From Spirochaetaceae bacterium (GTDB lineage Bacteria; Spirochaetota; Spirochaetia; DSM-2461), in the NCBI GenBank assembly GCA_051531975.1, contig JAOPTT010000018.1, positions 8,147-72,146 of the forward strand: DNA of 64,000 nt. Direction: 5' to 3'. Below the pieces are notes generated by a model. The model searched no databases. It saw nothing but the letters and a program-made list of their open reading frames with translations, and was not told the DNA's origin. Shown piece by piece: positions 58,397 to 64,000 of the stretch. A program made the translations under genes and the position numbers. Position 1 is the stretch's first letter; each line of letters begins with the position of its first letter.

Positions 58397-58602
58397 TTAA
58401 TATAAATGATGATTTATTTTTGACAATTAATCGGTTGTTGTCAATAATCAAAGCTTGAAAAAAAGCATCTTCCCCTAAAAAACAAGAATTATTTTTTTGA
58501 CATTTCTTTAAAACTGTTCAATTTCTCTTCATTTATCTTGACAATTGAGCCTTAAACGTTAAAATAATATTCATTAACTTTATGTTATATAAGGAGCAAT
58601 CT
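58397..58602. promoter_or_regulatory. Divergent promoter region between fabH and the carboxyltransferase cluster
   Basis: TTGACAA-N11-TTGTCAA (58420-58444); TTGACA at 58538 with TAAAAT 16 nt later; AAGGAG RBS at 58591. Confidence 0.55.
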
Positions 58603-60168
58603 ATGTCTACAGTAGCTGATAAACTTGAAGAGTTAAGAAAGCGAGAAGAAATAATAAAGCAGATGGGTGGAGAAGCCCGTGTGCAAAAACAACATGATAA
58701 AAAGAAACTAACTGCAAGAGAGAGAATTGATATTCTGTTTGATAAAGGAACATTTCGAGAAATTGATATGTTTGTAAAGCATAGATCAACTAATTTTAAT
58801 TTTCAAGAAGTTGAAATACCAGCAGATGGAGTTGTTACAGGACATGGTTTAATCGAAGGTAGACCTGTTTTTGCTTATTCTCAAGATTTTACAGCTCGTG
58901 GAGGTTCTTTAGGAGAGCAACACGCTGCAAAAATTGTAAAAGTACAAGACTTAGCAATGAAGTGTGGAGTTCCTATTATAGGATTAAACGATTCTGGTGG
59001 TGCCCGGGTTGAAGAAGGTATAGATGCATTAAAAGGTTATGGAGATATCTTTTTTAGAAACTCTAGAGCTTCAGGAGTAATACCACAGATTTCATGTATT
59101 ATGGGCCCTTGTGCAGGTGGGGCAGTTTATTCACCAGCTATGACCGACTTTATATTAATGGTTAAAAAAACTAGTTATATGTTTATTACAGGTCCATCGG
59201 TAATCGAGTCTGTAACTGGAGAAAAAACAACGTTCGAAGAGTTAGGTGGAGCAGTAGTTCATAACGCTAAATCTGGAAATGCACACTTCGCATGTGAAGA
59301 TGATGAAGATGCAATAGAGAGAATTAGAGAACTAGTTTCATTTTTACCAAATAATAACATGGAAGAACCAGAAGCTATATTATCGGGGGATGATCCACAT
59401 AGAGAGTGTCCTGAATTAAATAAAATTATTCCAGACGATGCTAAAACGCCATACGATATGAAAGGTGTTTTAGAAGAAGTATTAGACGATGGTTATTTCT
59501 TTGAAGTTCAGGAACTTTTTGCTGAAAATGCAATTGTTGGATATGGACGATTAGATGGTAAAGTAATTGGTATTGTTGCTAATCAGCCAATGTACCTAGC
59601 AGGTTGTTTAGATATTGATGCCTCAGATAAAATCACAAGATTTATCAGAACTTGTGATGCATATAATATACCACTTGTAACATTTGTAGATGTTCCAGGT
59701 TTTTTACCAGGAGTTAACCAAGAGCATAGTGGAATTATTAGGCATGGTGCTAAAATGTTATGGGCTTACTCTGAAGCTACAGTCCCTAAACTAACAGTTG
59801 TTACTAGAAAGAACTACGGTGGTTCATATATTGCCATGAGTTCAACTCACTTAGGTGCTGATATGGTATTTGCATGGCCATCATCAGAAATTGCAGTTAT
59901 GGGTGCAAAGGGTGCCGTTGGAATTATCTCTTCATATAGAAAAGCAATTGCAGCTGCAGATGAAGGTGACAAACAAGCAGTAATTGATGGAAAAATTGCA
60001 GAGTACGAAGAGGCTTTTAATACACCTTATATCGCCGCAGAACGTGGATATGTCGATGCAATTATTGAACCATCTACTACTAGAGCAAGATTAATTGATG
60101 CATTAAATATATTAAAAACAAAACGTGAAACATTACCTCCTAAAAAACATGGTAATATTCCACTATAG
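58603..60168 (+). CDS. Acyl-CoA carboxyltransferase (PccB/MmdA/transcarboxylase 12S family)
   Basis: LTARERI, DGVVTG.G, DSGGAR..EG, GPCAGGAVYSPA.TD, DVPGFLPG, GIIRHGAK, KKHGNIPL. ATG 58603 after AAGGAG. Confidence 0.95.
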   Translation: MSTVADKLEELRKREEIIKQMGGEARVQKQHDKKKLTARERIDILFDKGTFREIDMFVKHRSTNFNFQEVEIPADGVVTGHGLIEGRPVFAYSQDFTARGGSLGEQHAAKIVKVQDLAMKCGVPIIGLNDSGGARVEEGIDALKGYGDIFFRNSRASGVIPQISCIMGPCAGGAVYSPAMTDFILMVKKTSYMFITGPSVIESVTGEKTTFEELGGAVVHNAKSGNAHFACEDDEDAIERIRELVSFLPNNNMEEPEAILSGDDPHRECPELNKIIPDDAKTPYDMKGVLEEVLDDGYFFEVQELFAENAIVGYGRLDGKVIGIVANQPMYLAGCLDIDASDKITRFIRTCDAYNIPLVTFVDVPGFLPGVNQEHSGIIRHGAKMLWAYSEATVPKLTVVTRKNYGGSYIAMSSTHLGADMVFAWPSSEIAVMGAKGAVGIISSYRKAIAAADEGDKQAVIDGKIAEYEEAFNTPYIAAERGYVDAIIEPSTTRARLIDALNILKTKRETLPPKKHGNIPL

Positions 60169-60177
60169 GATATTTAT

Positions 60178-60336
60178 ATGGATATACATTCAAAGAGAAA
60201 GAAAGCTGCAATAATAGCTGTCTTGGCTTTTTTAGAAGAAGAGAGAAATAGAAAAACAAAAAACACCTGGGTTCATTCCGGGAGACAGATGGCCATGGGT
60301 AATAGACAGATGGCTCATACAAAGTTTTTTAAATAG
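60178..60336 (+). CDS. 52-aa acyl-CoA carboxylase epsilon-like small subunit (absent from the ORF track)
   Basis: MDIHSKRKKAAIIAVLAFLEEERNRKTKNTWVHSGRQMAMGNRQMAHTKFFK; AA..AV.A helix plus W..SGR; AGGA upstream; lies between the two carboxyltransferase genes. Confidence 0.8.
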   Translation: MDIHSKRKKAAIIAVLAFLEEERNRKTKNTWVHSGRQMAMGNRQMAHTKFFK

Positions 60337-60384
60337 GGTTTAAAAGCTGGTCATAATAAACGATCTAGTCTGGACGAACTAAGA

Positions 60385-60512
60385 AACCAAGGCTGGTTGG
60401 AACTATGTTCCTGCTCGCCTATGCAACCAAGGCTGGTCGGAACTATGTTCCTGCTCGCCTATGCAACCAAGGCTGGTCGGAACTATGTTCCTGCTCGCCT
60501 ATGCAACCAAGG
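60385..60512. repeat. 40-bp GC-richer tandem repeat (three copies plus 8 bp) with internal hairpin
   Basis: AACCAAGGCTGGTYGGAACTATGTTCCTGCTCGCCTATGC at 60385, 60425 and 60465, then AACCAAGG running into the AGGAGA RBS; GGAAC-TAT-GTTCC stem. Confidence 0.97.
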
Positions 60513-60522
60513 AGATTACATA

Positions 60523-62424
60523 ATGAAATTAGATAAACATGGTGTTTTAAATATGACACAAATGAACTATGAAGGTGATAGACCTAAAGCGATGAATCCT
60601 GTAAAAGTTCAGGATGTTTCATTTAGAGATGGACACCAATCTATATTTGCTACACGTGGTAGAACTGAAGATATGATACCAGTTGCAGAGATGATGGATG
60701 AAATAGGTTTTCATTCATTAGAAATGTGGGGTGGGGCAACATTTGATGTAATGCACCGATTTTTAAACGAAGACCCATGGTCAAGAATTAAAACTCTAAG
60801 AGAACATGCTCCTAAAACACCATTTTCAATGTTATTAAGAGGGCAAAACCTAGTTGGTTATAGAAATTATCCAGATGACGTAGTTGATACTTTTATTCAT
60901 AGAGCTGCAGAAAACGGAATTGATATCTTTAGAATGTTTGATGCTTTACACGACTTTAGAAACTTTGAAACTGCAGCTAAAGCAATTAAAGATAGCGGTA
61001 AACATTTTCAGGGAACTCTGTGTTATACATTGACGGAACTTAGATTGGGTGGAGATATCTATAATATGGACTTCTACCTTAAAAAAGCTCAGGATCTTGT
61101 AGATATGGGTGCAGATTCTATCTGTATTAAAGATATGGCTGGGCTTTTAGCTCCCTACGATGCATATAACTTAGTTAAAGCATTAAAGGAACAATCAGAT
61201 ACACCTATCCATCTACATTCCCATTTTACTTCTGGTATGGCTGATTTAACACTGTTAAAAGCTATTGAAGCTGGTGTCGATGTTGTTGATACCTGTATGG
61301 CACCATATGCTTACAGAACTTCTCATCCAGCAATTGAGCCGTTAGTTGTAACTCTAATGGGTACAGATAGGGATACTGGCTTAGATATAAAGAAGTTAGC
61401 TGCAATTAGTAAAAAAATGGAAGAGTATACTCCTAAATATATGCACTTAATGGATAATACAAAACTTGCAATTACTGATACAGACGTTATATTACATCAG
61501 ACTCCTGGTGGAATGTTATCAAATCTTGTTAATCAGTTAAAAGCTATGGGTGAAATAGATAAACTTGATAAAGTTTTTGAAATGCTGCCAATAGTACGTA
61601 AAAAACTTGGTCAAATTCCATTAGTTACTCCTACATCACAAATTGTAGGAACTCAAACTGTAAATAACGTTCTTTTTGATAAGGATGGTGAGGAATTTAC
61701 ACAAATAACAGAGCAGGTAAAAGATCTTTGTTATGGTCTATATGGTAAAACTGAACTTCCTATTGATGCGGTCGTACAAAAGAAAGCATTAAAAGGATAT
61801 CCAAGAGGCGAAGAACCTATTACATGTAGACCTGCAGATATTTTAGAGCCAGAAATGGAAACAGTAAAAGAAGCATTTGCTGAAGTTACTAAAGATCTAG
61901 ATGACGAAGTTCTATGTGCTTTATATCCAATAACTGGTAAAAGATTCCTTAAATGGAAACATGGGATAGAAGATGCTCCTGATGAAGTTAGACCTAAAAC
62001 TTTAGAAGAAGTAGAAATGGAAAGGGAATTAATTGCGAAAGCTGTAAGTGGTGAACTAAAAGAAAAAGGAGATGCGGAAGCACCTTCTAATGCCAGATCT
62101 TTTGATGTTTATGTTGAAGGCGAGCATTTTAGTGTCCAAGTCGCAGTTCCTAGAACTGGTGGTAGCGCAAATAAATCAGTTAAAAAGAAAAAGGAATCTG
62201 TAGTAGCAGATCCAAAGTCTATAGTTGCACCAATACCTGGTATGATTGTTGAATTTAAAAAACAAGTTGGAGACGAAGTAAAGAAGGGTGATGTTGTTGT
62301 TGTATTAGAAGCAATGAAGATGATGAATAACCTTGAAGCTGCAATTGATGGAGTTATTAAAGCAATTCACTTTGATACGGCTGATAGTGTAGCTAAAGGT
62401 GATGTACTAGTTACGATAGATTGA
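60523..62424 (+). CDS. Pyruvate/oxaloacetate carboxyltransferase (5S/OadA/PycB family) fused to a C-terminal biotinyl domain
   Basis: RDGHQS..ATR, WGGATFD, LRGQN, IKDMAG, HSH, PGGM.SN, PLVTPTSQIVG, EAMKM. Start moved to ATG 60523 (AGGAGA RBS). Confidence 0.94.
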   Translation: MKLDKHGVLNMTQMNYEGDRPKAMNPVKVQDVSFRDGHQSIFATRGRTEDMIPVAEMMDEIGFHSLEMWGGATFDVMHRFLNEDPWSRIKTLREHAPKTPFSMLLRGQNLVGYRNYPDDVVDTFIHRAAENGIDIFRMFDALHDFRNFETAAKAIKDSGKHFQGTLCYTLTELRLGGDIYNMDFYLKKAQDLVDMGADSICIKDMAGLLAPYDAYNLVKALKEQSDTPIHLHSHFTSGMADLTLLKAIEAGVDVVDTCMAPYAYRTSHPAIEPLVVTLMGTDRDTGLDIKKLAAISKKMEEYTPKYMHLMDNTKLAITDTDVILHQTPGGMLSNLVNQLKAMGEIDKLDKVFEMLPIVRKKLGQIPLVTPTSQIVGTQTVNNVLFDKDGEEFTQITEQVKDLCYGLYGKTELPIDAVVQKKALKGYPRGEEPITCRPADILEPEMETVKEAFAEVTKDLDDEVLCALYPITGKRFLKWKHGIEDAPDEVRPKTLEEVEMERELIAKAVSGELKEKGDAEAPSNARSFDVYVEGEHFSVQVAVPRTGGSANKSVKKKKESVVADPKSIVAPIPGMIVEFKKQVGDEVKKGDVVVVLEAMKMMNNLEAAIDGVIKAIHFDTADSVAKGDVLVTID

Positions 62425-62451
62425 TATTATTACCAAATATAATTCGTCATT

Positions 62452-62485
62452 AAAAAGAGTCTTCCTATTTAGGGAGGCTTTTTTT
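62452..62485 (+). terminator. Intrinsic terminator after the carboxyltransferase cluster
   Basis: GAGTCTTCCT-ATTT-AGGGAGGCTT stem (with G-U pairs) followed by a T-run. Confidence 0.85.
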
Positions 62486-62549
62486 AATTAATTGCTTAAT
62501 CCCAATATTATAGATTGACAATAGCAGGATCTAATAGTTAAATAGTTTC

Positions 62550-63944
62550 ATGAAGAAACTAATTTTACTAACTATAATAATTTTGTTATTGACTAATTCA
62601 TGTTCTCTATTAGAAGAGGATAATTCAGCTGATCTATCTTTATCATTATCTATTAATAGCCGGAGTATAGGTGTTGAGGATATTGATCGTATTGTATTAA
62701 CTGTTACAGGTGCGGGCATGAGTCCTATTGTTAAAGAAACTACATCTAATACATTAAGGTTATCTGTTGAATATGGTTCGGATCGAAGGTTTGAGATTGA
62801 TCTTACTTTATGTGATGGCCGTGAATATAATGGCAGTACAACTATAGATATTAATGGATCAACTAGGTCTGTACCAATGACATTGAATTACGCTTTGGAA
62901 TTCTCCTTTGAATTTGATATTATTTCTGCAAATAGTCCTGTAACTGTAAATAAAAGTGGTAAGGATATTGTTATACAAGACGAGCAACTCTATTTAGGGG
63001 TTTGGAAGTCAGGAGATGAAAACCAATCAGGAGTATATATTTATGACATTACCAATAGAGGGAATCCAATATACGACACTACTGCAGTATTGTGGGCTGA
63101 TGCCCTTAGTATTGATATAAATAATAATCATCTTTATGCTGCAAACGGAGCTCGTAATCTTAGAACATTTAATATAAATACACCTTCCAATCCTATATTG
63201 CTTGATGAGAATGATACTGACGATGGAAGTTTTCCTGAAACTATGGGACTTTCTTCGGACTCTAGCACCATTAAAACCATTTCTCAGGATAATAGCGTCT
63301 ATCTTCTCTCTTACGCAGATAATTATATTGCCGGAGAGTTTCAGGCGGGAGCTAGCTTTATCCAGTTTGATGTAACGGAGCCTAATAATCCGGATAAATC
63401 AATTTATTATAGTGTTGGTGAAGCAATGCCTAAATCTTTTTGTCTAGATGATTCATACGCATATGTTGTTGGAAGACATTTGGATATATTTGATATAAAC
63501 AATCAAGTAGGAGCTAGAGAGAGTCATACTACATTATTAGATAGTAGTGAAACTGCATATGATGTTGTTAAAAGTGGGGATTATCTATATATCGTTACAT
63601 CTAATAAATTAATTGTGGTTGATGTCTCTAATCCACTAGAATCTGAAGAAGTTTATGCTTTCAATTTAGATGGAAATGCTATATCAGATGGTTGTCCAAG
63701 TTCAGGAAAAGCTTTAGTGAAGTCAGGTAACTATCTCTATATTGCAGATGGTAGTGCTGGTATTGTTATTTTAGATGTTACAGATCCTTTGGTTCCTACC
63801 CTGAAAAATAGTATAGTAGCAGAGACAAATCAATATTTTAGAGACATCTATTTTTATGAAAGTAAACTTTATACAGTTGTTGAAAAAACATCAGAGATGA
63901 ATTCAATATCATATTTAAACTCATACAATTTAGAGTTACAATAA
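62550..63944 (+). CDS. Lipoprotein with N-terminal Ig-like region and LVIVD beta-propeller repeats
   Basis: Lipobox-like LLLTNSC; repeats such as GDYLYIV...LIVVDVSNP and GNYLYIADGSAGIVILDVTDP; TTGACA-17-TTAAAT upstream. Confidence 0.85.
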   Translation: MKKLILLTIIILLLTNSCSLLEEDNSADLSLSLSINSRSIGVEDIDRIVLTVTGAGMSPIVKETTSNTLRLSVEYGSDRRFEIDLTLCDGREYNGSTTIDINGSTRSVPMTLNYALEFSFEFDIISANSPVTVNKSGKDIVIQDEQLYLGVWKSGDENQSGVYIYDITNRGNPIYDTTAVLWADALSIDINNNHLYAANGARNLRTFNINTPSNPILLDENDTDDGSFPETMGLSSDSSTIKTISQDNSVYLLSYADNYIAGEFQAGASFIQFDVTEPNNPDKSIYYSVGEAMPKSFCLDDSYAYVVGRHLDIFDINNQVGARESHTTLLDSSETAYDVVKSGDYLYIVTSNKLIVVDVSNPLESEEVYAFNLDGNAISDGCPSSGKALVKSGNYLYIADGSAGIVILDVTDPLVPTLKNSIVAETNQYFRDIYFYESKLYTVVEKTSEMNSISYLNSYNLELQ

Positions 63945-64000
63945 TTAAATAAAGTTTTTTTGCAATATTTAAAAAATATTGTTGACAAAAAAATGGTGAA

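Noticed and set aside
60385..60512. CRISPR array, or coding N-terminal extension (ORF-track start 60397)
   Set aside because: Units are head-to-tail with no spacers. The extension is only translated repeat, and a strong RBS precedes ATG 60523.
58603..62424. Na+-pumping oxaloacetate/methylmalonyl-CoA decarboxylase or pyruvate carboxylase operon
   Set aside because: No membrane beta subunit, no TM-anchored gamma/delta subunit and no biotin carboxylase before the terminator. Partners elsewhere in the genome cannot be excluded.
785..62719. Short antisense or alternate-frame ORFs in the track (e.g. 785..1036, 12975..13337, 36094..36705, 51001..51444, 60140..60322)
   Set aside because: They lie within or opposite well-supported genes, have no motifs or RBS, and look like shadow ORFs.
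63963..63987. CAATATTT-N3-AAATATTG inverted repeat next to a TTGACA
   Set aside because: Possibly an operator or promoter, but the downstream gene is outside the window and the repeat is AT-rich, so it cannot be evaluated.

Overview
AT-rich bacterial chromosomal core region. Gene content and order suggest a free-living anaerobic spirochaete (Spirochaetaceae-like); this is an inference. I saw no mobile element, integrase or CRISPR array. Main contents in order: mutL, a very large acidic putative outer-membrane protein, ComFB, an anti-sigma/anti-anti-sigma pair, tRNA(CAU), LysR, a DEAD-box helicase, a complete rnfCDGEAB operon ending in a GH57 protein that appears to lack its acid/base Asp, a long operon (orphan cas2-like gene, frameshifted prfB, cheY-like, PEGA protein, ftsY, unknown secreted protein, lolC/D/E-type ABC, clpC, TPR proteins), asnS, an EetA/EetB/EcfT-like trio, thyA-folA, and fabH-D-G-F-V. 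The most interesting locus is 53-62.4 kb. There the fab operon has no acpP (a 28-bp hairpin tandem array occupies the usual slot) and is transcribed divergently from a three-gene transcarboxylase-like cluster: an acyl-CoA carboxyltransferase, an unannotated 52-aa epsilon-like subunit, and a pyruvate/oxaloacetate carboxyltransferase-biotin carrier fusion. That cluster has no biotin carboxylase and no Na+-pump subunit, so it is a candidate ATP-independent malonyl-CoA supply for fatty-acid synthesis. Other notable points: a sigma-54 promoter in front of a PspG-like small membrane protein, a shared AACC-N5/6-GGTY motif in both repeat arrays, and recurrent leaderless-type promoter architecture. All functional calls rest on recognised motifs, not database searches.
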